Origin: Antedon mediterranea
Lineage: Eukaryota; Animalia; Echinodermata
NCBI RefSeq assembly: GCF_964355755.1
Contig: NC_092672.1
Span: forward strand, 20,473,237 to 20,537,236
DNA: 64,000 nucleotides
Reading direction: 5' to 3'
Positions within the stretch are counted from its first letter, which is position 1; each line of letters starts with the position of its first letter. Positions 37,404 through 49,560 of this stretch are shown here, piece by piece. A program made the translations under genes and the position numbers. The notes beneath the pieces are model-generated. The model was not told the DNA's origin. It ran no database searches and worked only from the letters and a program-made list of their open reading frames with translations.

Positions 37404-37701
37404 TGTTGTGATTTTAGGTCAGTGCTGGAATGGCCTGGTAATGAAAGCTACTAGGCTTACCTTAACAGTCCCGCTTGTCCTAAATCACACAAGTATCCGC
37501 AAGCAGTAAATCCAAATATCTTGGTCAATTTCGGTTGTGTCCGTTTCTCCTTGGTTCCTGCTTCGAATAGATCGGTTCGGCCGGCGTCAAGGCCCCACGT
37601 TAACATTTGCATACCCCCTGTATGCAAATCAAGCTATCGGGGCGACGCCCTCGTTCGGTCGGAGGGGTGGTCTGTTTACCCAGCGGGCGCCGTTCACAAC
37701 A
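37404..37701 (-). repeat. 5' LTR
   Basis: 298 bp, TG...CA, adjacent PBS. Confidence 0.97.
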
Positions 37702-37808
37702 ATTCGCCCCTCTATATGGATAGGCAAACTCTACACTCTCTCGCGACAATATGCTAGCCTACAGTTTTGTTACTTCTATATGAACATTTTTACCGAACAA
37801 TTACTCAC

Positions 37809-37987
37809 CTCCGTAGTTTGGTATTGGTCTCCTATCGGTCCACCTTGATCAAATTCGCCGCCTGCAAAATCAGAGAAAATGTCTGCGAGAGTACGTCGGC
37901 CGTCCACTACACCGTTCTCGCATACCAAGCAAGGGCCGGCTTCACGATTTTTGTTGCAGTCCGAATTGAAACACAAATAAAAACCAT
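37809..37987 (-). pseudogene. Possible first exon remnant of the Zator-like transposase
   Basis: ATG at 37987, MVFICVSIRTATKIVKPALAWYART, then frameshifted VDGRRTLADIFSDFAGGEFDQGGPIGDQYQTTE ending at GAG|GTGAGT. Confidence 0.4.
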
Positions 37988-40900
37988 GTTGTTTATCTAC
38001 TATCTAGTCTAGCAGTATCCTACTATCCTAGATCAAATTATTATGTAACAGTTGATAAAAGGACTAAAAAGTAGGCCTACCAAGGAACCAATAATTATAA
38101 ATATTAATAGTGTATACTGTAACTCAAATGTATAGAATATAGCGATAGAAACAAGGTAGAACCAAAAACATGTGTTCTCCAAATCCAGTCGTTTTTTGCT
38201 TCACGGCAACATTTTTAGGGAGTAGCGAGCATATAGCGGCTGTGAAAATTCTAATTAGATCCAGACGTTTATGTAAAATATTATACCCATGATGAGTGTA
38301 ATTCAAAATATTCATACATTCAACGGCAGTGATACCTCTATCATCGCTGACCTATAATCAAAGAATATGACCTCAAATTTATCGCAGTCGACGATGTGTA
38401 TCGATGGCTCCCGACGGCTGTGGATCACGAAAAAAGAAAGAGCTAGGCCTAGCTTTCGACAAAGGTACAACATAAATCAATGTTTTATATACAAAATATC
38501 GAAATAAAAAATAAAATAAAAATTGATGCGGCCTGAAAAAAGCATGCGGGCGGGGACGATCAACTGTTGTTTTTTTTTATATGGCCTAAACTAAAATATA
38601 ATAAATTAAGACTCTTTGTACACATTTTGTACATCATTGCTTTTTTTTTTGTACATCATTGCTTTTTTATACCGTTGCCACTGCTTTTCGTTCTTTGCAA
38701 TACCCATGTTTATACTGTTATATACATTAATATCTTTCCTTTTTTAGTAGTGCCATCTATGTTTTGATATTTTCCAAAAATGTTATAGTGCATGCTATTA
38801 GTGTGGACATAACTATCATAAAACCTCTCAATATTTCATTTGTTCAAGTTGAGATGTCATACTTTAATTCATCGTTCACATCAGCAGTTGATTGAATGTA
38901 ATGTTTAAATATTATCTACTCAACAAATATGTTCCATTTGTATAATGTACAGTACAGTAAGCATTAGCAAACCTTTACATTATTTTTTCTTTTTGCGCAT
39001 TTAAATACCCTATAAAAGTATGAATACACATGTGGTTGATAACCACAATAAAATAAAATATAGATAAATTGGCCAGACAAATTGGTACGCATACTGGCCC
39101 ACATCTTTCTGTTTCACTACATTATACTGGTACTGCCAGTAACTGCTGCTGCTAATAACTTTATCAATTCCAATAATTCAGACAACAATGAACACAAATA
39201 AAAAACAACAAAAAAAACAACTTTTTACCATAAAAAAGACTTTCTGAGATAACAGTTTTAATTATTGTTCTTTCTTCATTAAATGTTATTTTTTAAATTG
39301 ATATTCTATTTAATAATTTAAGAAACAAAGATTTATTATCAATTATTTTTGTTTAAAAATCAGTAGTAAACATTTTGTGTAAAATAAATATAGTTTGAAT
39401 TACTAGACTATAGTACTATGCATATTCTGAGTGGCATTACTCACTAAGGTTGGAGTGACCCACTCATACCCATACATTCTAGTGAACAAAAAAATGTATA
39501 ATTTTTCATGAGCCTTTGTTGTACAGCAGCAGCCGACAAACGTACTCGCTAATCAAAAAATTTATTATCTATATATACCCCATTCGCCAAAAATATTTAC
39601 CATAGAGGAAGTATTGTTTTGACCATTAATTATTCAATGATAATCTGACGGTAATTATATTTAGCCCCTATGTTGACAGCCAAAACATTGTTTATTGAAC
39701 ATAGGTCAAACTAATGTCTATATACATCTCATAGACTCTCTGTGCGCATGCCCAGTTTGAGTTAAAAAATTCCCATTTAGACTCTTTTCCCAGACGTGCT
39801 TTGAGGTGTGCTCATGTCCAGTTTGTGTTTCTAAATACCCATTTTTTCAGCCTTAATAAACTATTTTAAGCCTGCATTGTAAATGTTTCCTAATGCTTCC
39901 ATTCTCTTGAATGTAACTGCCTACAAAAAAAAAATTGTTGTGTACTTTTTGAAAATTTACTTTTTCATTAATTTTATTTACTGAAGTATAAAACATTTCA
40001 ATAGAATAAGCAATGATTGGAACATGTGATACAGCACTTTATTTGTTTATTGGTATACTCAGTATGCATGGTCTACTAGGAAAGTTGTATGTAGCCTCAG
40101 TGAATATTATTCACATCCTATACACAATGTATATTATTCCACTGTTTGTCTTCAATTATAGGATTTATAGTATAGATAATTTTTAGTTGCATTGAATCTT
40201 TTTCAAATGTTGGTATATATACATGTGAATAAATAATGTTTATTTCTTGTTATAATTACTGTATAATGATTTATTTCAAGTGATTTATTTTTATATCTTT
40301 GAATTAAAAAGAATAACAATTTTTATGAATTTGTTTTAATGTAAATTTTATTAATTTTTTGTAAGTCAATTCAATAAGTATAACACAAATAATAAAGATC
40401 TTAAAATCTATTAAACTGTATAAATGTTAAGTTTGCATTTCTTATGTACTGTATTGATTTTCAGATTCAATATTTTTCACATTGATATGATTTGTTAGGT
40501 TCTTGGTATTCTGGCATCAGCCAAACCTTTACCCATTTTAATTCTCTGACAGGCTTGAGCTATTTAATTCAGGGAGGTATAAAAATGGTCATGGTATTTC
40601 TAAAAACTGTCCATTTGATCTAACAACTTTAAAAAATGAAACAAATATGGTTCAAAAAGATGTCTACAATTAAATTGTCCATCTTTGTTTTTTTATCAGA
40701 TTAAACTCAAGATTAACATTGTTACAATCAATATTTAGACTAATATGCTACACTTGCAAGAACTTGTACTAGCTAAACTCCACCACCACACAATAGAGCA
40801 ATGAACTATTTCTTTGCTCTATCATCACATAAAGGATAATTAACATAATGAAGTTAGTTAAACATGCCCCTGAAAGTAAAAGTTTGTATGCCAAACCTTC

Positions 40901-41224
40901 AATAATTTAATATTAAAAAAAAAAAATATATAAATAAAACTAAAAAGTGATTGATATTTAAATATCAGCAACAACATTTTGACATTAAAATTGAAATAAT
41001 ACAAATTTGTATAAAAGTATATAAAATAATTATCATATTAAAAAAAATGTATACAAAAGTAGAAATCAAATTCAGAAACTAATTTGACTTGGTTCATTGC
41101 GTATGATGATGCAGTAAATAGTTGCAAATTGATTTTTGTAAAGTAACCCTCTGTATAAATTACATAACAATTGAATATGTGTACTGTAAGATATAACCAA
41201 TATTGTATGTATTTCATATTATAG

Positions 41225-41323
41225 AATGGTTGGACAGCTTTGCATAATGCAGCATTCTATGGAGAAACAGACTGTTGCAGCCTGCTGGTGAATGCAGGAG
41301 CAGGTGTCAATGTATCAGAAGAA
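41225..41323 (+). CDS. Ankyrin-repeat exon (NGWTALHNAAFYGETDCCSLLVNAGAGVNVSEE)
   Basis: ATTATAG acceptor, GTAAGT donor, 99 nt, phase 0. Confidence 0.92.
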
Positions 41324-42874
41324 GTAAGTCATCTTCATTATTATTTATTTTCATTTTTAAATATACTGTATAACATTTTATTTTTTAATTATAATGGTCT
41401 TTTGGGTAATAATATTTAATGTATAAAACTTCATTGATGCTGAAATTGGCATAATTTGAAGATATTCAATATATTTTTTTTTCTCTGATATTTAATCATA
41501 AAAATTGCTATGACACTACATTAACATTTTGTCATGTATTTCCATTGAACAATTAAAACAATGAAAATGATAGTGCCAATTTTACTTAACTAAACTACAG
41601 CAACATGCTATATGCACAATTGAAATATATCATCCTTATTCCAAAGTGTTGATATACAGTAATTTAAACAGTATTATAAACACTACAACTTCACAAAATT
41701 TCAATTTTTCTTTAGATCATTATGATTTTGTATATCTTAAAAGTTCATTTTTAACAATATTTTTTAATAACTTTTTGAAACACTATGATTCTACCTGTAT
41801 ATCACATAGAGGTACAAATGATCAAAGATGCTAGTTGATAGACATATAGACTGTATTCATTTACTTTATAATTATCATCATACTCATTTGCCATACTCTC
41901 CTTTATTCCTTTCAACAACATCACCACCAACTCTAACCACCTACTGGTTTTAGTCCGTCACCATGGATGATGATGCAGAATTTGGTTGAGCGCTAAAGTG
42001 ATCTTTTATTACACACCCACATTATAGCTCTTTTTTATTAGGTTGTAATTAATTATTTTTTCCATACAATATAAGATACAGATAGTATATCTGCCACTTA
42101 TCTTTTATCTATCTTTATTTATTTATTCTTTCTTTATACTCAGAATCACTTTTTTAAAGTGACACATCTAAAAACAACAATAAAACTGAAATAGTGGTAC
42201 AAATATAATTTGTTTATTTACCGTACATAGGTTTTAACAAATCACCTTACATAATAATTACAGTATCAAACCACCATTACAATGTCATACAAAATTTGTA
42301 AAAATAAACAAATCATCATTAGCATAACTAGGTGCAATATTTTTAGTCTATTGAAAAAAATGTTTCCTTCTTAAACATTTATTTAAATATACATACACAT
42401 CACATAGTAAATTATAGTTAACAAAAAATAGTGACATTGTTTAACACTAAATAACTAAGAAACACAAGAAACCTGAACTAGACTTAAATGTTCATACAAA
42501 CATGTAACAAGTTCAGAGTGTATCCAACATTTAACATTATGAAATATTTTAGACCACTGACAATGATGACCACCAGTGCTTTCCAAAGTCTGCAGTTTCT
42601 GTAATTATTCATTCATATTTATCTCCATCATCCAACATTATCAAACAAAACTGTTTTGAGGATAAGCATAGCTATATGTAAGGTTCAACTTTAATAATTT
42701 CAAAAAGTTTTACACACAACACAAATAAGTAAAGCTTTCCCAGTTTATTCAAAGTTACATTAACAATACATAATATTTATTTCTACTGATACTGTACAAG
42801 CAATGCTAAATACTACTAAAGCTTAATAATAAACTACATTTGGCCTCTTGGGGGCTACCACTCATATGACATTG

Positions 42875-44931
42875 CAGTAATGGCGCCAGCGGGGGGGCCG
42901 GGGGGGGGGAGTCGTCGGGGAGTATTGGCCATATTTGTCGGGGAGAAAAATATGATCATTTCTTTTCTGGTAAAAAATAAAACCATATTAAGTGTACTAC
43001 ATTTTAAGTAACTGCGGCATTCCATTTTTGACGTACGTACGATATACTGACAGCGAAGTAAACAGTATGTGGTACGCATTTGTCTGGCGGTGTCTCTTTG
43101 TACGAATCTTTCATGGCCCGGCCCGCAATATTTCTTTTCGTACATAAGTTGGGGATCCCTCGTAAAACGTCACAAAATAAACATGAATATTCATTAGTCA
43201 TATCCATAAGGTCTGACGTAAGAATTGAGCTAACTACAATTCGCTAATGCAAACGATTTCTGTCGGGCCGTCTGTGTAGTCGAGTGGATACGACTATGGA
43301 CTTTACATGTCGATGTATGGGGTTCGAATCACATGAGCTACTTCTTTTACTTTATACTAGTGAGAGAGAGATTATTTAGAGGGTTAGATTTAGTTATATT
43401 TAGGAAGTAGTTCGGCTATCTTTCACATGGGGTCCCCAACTTATGTACGAAAAAAAAAATCGCTGCCCGGCCGGCCCGGCCGGCTCACTGCGGTATACGC
43501 GTCGACATATCTGGGCTGTATCATATTACATCCAGGGACCAAAATGTGTATTTTTCAAATTCCAGGCGAAAATCGAAAATTCATTTGCAACTACGCATCG
43601 ACGTACGTTCATACAGGGATAAAGCTACGAGTTATGTTCTCACGGTTGAGTTTACGAATTGTTTCAATTTACCAATAACCATTGTTGTACCGCGTATATG
43701 TTCGCTGTCGATTAAAGGGGTTTGGGTGGGGGTTCGATTGGGAAAAGGAAGCGGTTGTCCCGAACCATAAAACAGGGTCTGGTCACGTTTCTTTTCGCGC
43801 ATAAATCTCGATCTAGGGTGTGGGGGGGGGGGGGTGTGAATAGGGTGGCTAGCCACCTCCCTTAATTCTAAAGGAAAAAAAAAGATGCACCAAACCCGCA
43901 ACCGTCGCTAGAGATGCGGATTCGACGCACTTGACTCTCTTTTAATTAAGAAGAGTAGGCTAGAGCTATAGCTGTGTAAATAGGCCTACATATTGAAAGA
44001 GCTAAGAGTTTAATTACTATTTATGAATTCAAGAGTTTAAAAAGAAAAAGCGATTTAAAATCTTCGGAAAATACCCACAACTGAGTTATTTTCAAAACAC
44101 ATGCACTCCCACTACCAGCATCACGTTGTCTTAGCTCGCTCCTCGTGTGAATGCTGACGTCATCACTCTCCAAAAATACACCAGTTTCCGCCCTGGTCCG
44201 TGTGCAAGCTTTAGCGTGGACCTGTATATACACCCCTGAACAAAGTAGAGTGTAATATTGTGAACTTTTTTCTCGCGTATGAAGGTTTTTTATATAATGG
44301 TATGCAGTATAAACGATAAAAAAAACGTTAAACATGATGTTCTTTTATTATTATTTCATAGGCATAACATAAACATGAAATGTCTTGTTCTATGTACACG
44401 GCCGAAAAAACGTGTGTGGCGTATTTGGTATTTTATTGATTTGTGTTATAGACACGGCGTTAAGGCAATCATCATTGTATACAAAATTACATTGAGTTAT
44501 TCACCCGGCTATAGGGTATATTTGAGGTTAACAGACCACCAAAGCACAGTCGTACACTAAACACATGCACTATAGAGGCATTTTCGGAGTGCCGCATTAC
44601 CAAATGTTCATTTCGTTTGAAGTGTTTTTCGATCAAAGTTTATTATTAGTTCGTCGAAAAAGATCCGTATTAGAGTATTTAGGAAGGATTTATTTAAATT
44701 TACATTATTATGTGACATTGTTATTAAATTTAATGGAAACAGTTGCTCTAGCCTATTAAACATTGTGTAAGCATCTATTTTTTCAAAATTTTCTGAGGCT
44801 CGGGAGGGGGAATACCCCCTCCCAAACCCACCCCCGCTTTCGTGCGAACGGCCCCCGTGGGGGAATTCGGCCCCCCGTTGGGTAATTCGGGCCCCCCCCC
44901 CACGATCGGGGAAATCCTGGCGCCACCACTG
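42875..44931. mobile_element. Non-autonomous hAT-type element (2057 bp)
   Basis: TIRs CAGTAATGGCGCCAG / CTGGCGCCACCACTG; perfect 8-bp TSD TGACATTG (42867-42874, 44932-44939). Confidence 0.85.
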
Positions 44932-46349
44932 TGACATTGCTATATTAAAGGTCCAGTGTATTGTCACAGGAGCCAGTAAATCAAATGGTTGTTATTAAGT
45001 ATATCGGAAGGATGTAAGTGACATCCGTTAGGTAAATTGTGGAATTTGGGGGCAAAATAATTCCCCAGAATTATACCAGCCAAATGAGCGAATAGCATGA
45101 GTAACATATGAGTTAGCGCCTGTGTTGAAGTTAGGTGTTGGATGATGCCGGGGGATGGCTGGGTGGGAAGATTGAAAAGTTTGTACAACTATTAAATGGC
45201 TAATTTAACAATGAAGTGTGCTATTATGCATCTTAGTAAACAACTAAAATACCCATTGGTTGCCAATTAGAAATTAGCCTATCCTACATTTTGTGGTTCC
45301 ACTATTAGATATACCCGTTGGTCTATAGAAATACATTGTCAATTACTGTGGTTGGAACTTTAATTACCTGTAGAAACAATATACCATTCATCATAACACT
45401 TCTGTAACTCTGAAATCTACCCACATTATATACCACATCCTTAGTTAAAAAGAAAGTACTTGTGCTCTGTATAAACTATAATTTATTACTTTAAATTTCC
45501 TTTAACATTTTCTAACATTAATGTTAAAAGATTACTTTTAAAAGAACTTATATAGACAAATTTCAAATTTCAGTACAAGCTATTTAACTATTTAAAAAAT
45601 AAATATGCCAAGTTATATTTTAATCAATGGATGTAAATGACTTTATTATATAAATGTATTACAATTGTTTATAAACTCTTCATTTTTGTAGCACAACTAA
45701 TATTGACCTTGGTTTATCCTTGTTTCAGTTGGATGGTCCTACCTTTACAATAGAATTACATTCATTTTCACAGAGTAAATTAAAATTTATCTCCTTTAAA
45801 ATTAAATTCAATAAACTTTATCCCATAACAATTTTCTTATGAATAAATAGATGGAATTATTCTTAGTTTATTGATTTGATTCAAACCAATTTCATACACA
45901 TTTACACATCCAGAAATATTCTGTTCATTTTACTACTATTATACAATTCATTATTAGCTTTGTTATGGGTTTAACAAGCTAAATTCTGTCTGTCATATAA
46001 TATAATAATTAATAGTCAAAGGCAAAAAATGTCTTAATAGGCAAACAATTTCTTATTAATCATACATCCTAATAATCTATCCATAATTGTTTCATAATAT
46101 CACATAATAATTTTGATTTTTATTGTGCTACAATAAAGTTCAAATTACACAGTAAAATCTCTATTCTTTTGTACATAAATGATAGAGAGGCACTTTAAAC
46201 AAAATTGGAAAATAAACGGTGTTGTAAAGAATATTATCAGATGACTATAATATAGGTAAATATAACGTTACGTTTCTGGTGTTTTTATGGTCAAATTTTT
46301 ATTTTTGTTTTATTGTTTATTGTGGCTAGAACTACACTGTTTCCTTCGC

Positions 46350-49300
46350 TAGGCTGATCCTAATGCTAATCCTAATGCTCCTAATGTTCACATGATTATC
46401 ATGGACCGATATGTCCCCCACCTTCAAATGAATAACCTTATTTTTTCTCATAAAACCAAATAAAGAAAGCAGATCAAGCATTTAGTAAAAATTTTATACC
46501 TGCATTTTCTTACGCACAACGCCTTTGCACCTACGCTTAGCACCTTCCAATATCATGTGCAATTACACTTGAGTTATTGTCTTCTTCTTCTAGACTGCAA
46601 TCATGTTCCCATTTAATACTGAAATATGGAGATTCAATCCTGGAATAGCACCATTCACCATCACAACCAAATACGACTTAGCATTTGTTCAACATTATCG
46701 ACTCCATAACTCAATTAACCATTTAGTAGGTAGCCTAACCAATACGGTTCCTGCCACAATCATCCAGTTTATGGGCGCTTGGTCTGTGGCTGTAGCCATT
46801 CAGTTTTCCTTAGTCATTTGACTTAACCATTCCCAATTGGCAATTGGTAAGCGTCTATACGCAAACAACACTGAGCTACTAAACCGAGGAATCTTAAAAT
46901 TATCAAAAGTGAGTTGACCCCAAATGGCATTCCAAATAATAGAAACAATCTCATTCATAAAAATCTATCTCCCTGCTGAGCAGATCAGCCTCCCAATTGC
47001 GCTCTCTATGCACCCATTGGACGTCTCTGAATAAATTTTTTTTCGCAAAGCTCTAAAGCCAACTGATCCAAGTCTTCATGCATGCTACTTTTCCTACAAA
47101 TTGAAACAACACCTCTGTTATCTATAAATATTTTAATTTGTTTCTCTTTTAAGGGGCCGTCCAAAAACTAATTTTCCGCGAGTTCCGCGATAACATACCC
47201 TATTACTTACTCAACCATGAAAGTGAACGTCTCTTGCGGTAATGAGGCAAAATCATTCAAGCTTGATTTTCTCGCGGAACTCATGAATATTAATTAATAT
47301 CGCGAGACTCGCGAAGGCCTTGCAATATCGCGGAACTCGCGGCAGTATTGCCAATACTAGAGAATATAGTGCTCGTTTGAATAACGCTTTGCCAGCCAGG
47401 TATTACTATTAGTATTAATACGGTAATTGATTTTTACAGAAGAACAAATTATATTTCAATATTGTTTACAATTATTATATCCATTCGTGTGTCTGATCTT
47501 GTTTTTGTTATTAATAAATATATAGATAATAATAAATGAAATGTGAGTGCCCCGAGTTTTACCACAATAAAAACCACTGAAGTAGATAGAAAATAATGTC
47601 AAGAAGATTTGTTTACACAACGACTCGGACGAGACGCAAACATCGCCTGACTTCTTTGCAAAGGGATTTCCCTTGCTTGCAGAGGCCTCCTTCTTGCGTT
47701 TACATTTTTTAACGTTGTCGCCACATTGTCATTGCCACGCCGCTAGCCTGGTAAAAACAACTACCAAGGTAGGCCTAGATTTATTATGAAATGCTTGTAC
47801 AGTACAGAAAGAAAATAATAAATCAGATTACGACGCATTACACGCACTCCTAGCCTATCCTCCCACCGCCGATCCGATCGAGAACACATGCAATTCAATT
47901 CATTGAGAAAACAATTCCATTTGACGCACACGCACCCCTCTCTGATAAGAAATTTCACACGGGGCGTCGTGTCGTGTACATACATCCACGCACGAAAGAT
48001 CTAGAAGGATCGTTGGAAAAACAATTCCTTTTGACGTACACGCACCCTCTGATAAGAAAATACCATGTGCGTTCCTGCATGGTGCAGTCCATTATACGTC
48101 TAAAATTAGGGGTGTCCACTTTTAATAACAAAGTTAAACACGCACCTCAATCCGAAGATCGTTGGAAGTATATTATATTTATATTTTATCGCACCCACCT
48201 CAATAATCCAGCCGACAGATCATCGAAAAATCTTGTTTAACAACGTCGTACACTAAATTAACGAACGCGTTTTTACCGACCTCAAAGAAATGGTATAGTC
48301 CACAATACATGTGCAGAATTAATTCTAAATTAACAGAGAGAGAGGGGTCGGCGTCCGTCCGTGTTTTGAATTTTATATTAAAAAAAAGCTTTAAAAATCG
48401 AAACTCGGAAAATAACTATAATTTATATTCTACTACATAATGTCATTGGCTTGAATTTTACCGTGGTTGAAACCCTGTGTATGAATAGTTGTACTGTGTA
48501 TGAATAGTTGTACTAGGCCTATGCCTACAAACAAATTGTTTTGGTATCATTTTCTCCGTTAGTATCAGAGTAGTTTAAGTAGGACTAGGCCTAGGCCTAG
48601 TAGAGTACTAGCCTACTGTAGTCGTATTCGGCCAACCTAGCTAGGCCTAAAAAACCGTGCTATTCTGTACTATGATCTCATCTATTTATTAGGCCGCTAC
48701 CCGCGGAACTCGCGATATGTGGGCGGCAACATTTTGATTGTTGATATGAATATTCATCAATTGCGTTCCGCGAGCATTCCGAATGAATATTTTTGTATCG
48801 CACGTTCCGCGGAAACGAGGTTCAATGAACTATGCGTAAAATCGCGGAACTCGCGGAAAATTAGTTTTCGGACGGCCCCTAAGTTAGGAGCAAATGCTTG
48901 TAATGCCAATAACACACATTTCAGTTCTCTCCACGTACAGCTTCTGACTGACTCATGCTGATTCCAGCCGAGACAAACTGCAAACGGTCATAGACCTCGC
49001 TCCACAATTCACTCCACTAGCGTCAGTAAATGTAATTGAATAATCAAAAAAATATTTTGCTTCCAGAAAAATATCTCCTCAATAACTAGACCCCCACTCG
49101 CTGTAGTAATAAAATGCCACAACTTGAGAAAGGGAAATTATCTTCCCCACTAGCCTCACTAAATCTCTGGACCTATAGTGAGGGAGACCCTGATTGACCT
49201 CTAATGAACCCAAACCAGCCATAGCCAGTTTACAACCGGACTTAGATCCTATATTGATTTTTTGACGTTTTAACAATGTTAGAGACTTTAGTACATGCGG

Positions 49301-49560
49301 CATGGGAACCTCTCTTACCAACCATCGTCCAAAAATACTAGGATCCAATACATCACTAATAGGTGAAGAACCTTTGTAAAATCCTTGAATACGATAAATG
49401 GTTGAATCAAGACTATCCACTTATATTTGGGGTAAAACATTATTTTTTGGTTTAAAATAATTGCCAAACTCTGCAATCCTCCAAAAACATAGCAAACCTC
49501 ATTTAACCAACATAAAAGTGATTGAATCAGTAGTGCACAACTCACTTGGTTTGTCAATTA
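46350..49560 (-). mobile_element. Degenerate DIRS-type (tyrosine recombinase) retrotransposon
   Basis: Minus-strand remnants in order: FTKVL..LV.YW..VFLDDGW (RT); RDLVRLVGKIISL; FTDASG, SCTWRELKCVLLALQAF, IFIDN, QWVHRERNWEADLLSR (RNase H); IWGQLTFD..KIPRFSS (MT-like); ILEGAKR, GFMR..LKVGDI (YR). Ends are approximate. Confidence 0.8.
47153..48879. mobile_element. Non-autonomous PIF/Harbinger-type element (1727 bp)
   Basis: 38-bp TIRs GGGGCCGTCCRAAAACTAATTTTCCGCGAGTTCCGCGA; TAA TSD; repeated subterminal CGCGGAACTCGCG motifs. Confidence 0.85.

Larger units (their letters stand above)
29933..37701 (-). mobile_element. Full-length Ty3/Gypsy LTR retrotransposon (7769 bp)
   Basis: Two 298-bp LTRs, ATTC TSD (29929-29932, 37702-37705), PBS, PPT, uninterrupted gag and pol in PR-RT-RH-IN order. 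Confidence 0.98.
29026..38586 (-). mobile_element. Internally deleted Zator-like DNA transposon (about 1.8 kb) interrupted by the Gypsy element
   Basis: 33-bp TIRs GGCCATRTAAAAAAAAACAACAGTTGATCGTCC at both ends; TAA TSD (29023-29025, 38587-38589); GG termini; Cys-rich transposase C-terminal remnant. Confidence 0.75.

Noticed and set aside
43270-43340. Functional tRNA gene
   Set aside because: A and B boxes are present, but I could not fold convincing acceptor and anticodon stems; it lies inside a transposon.
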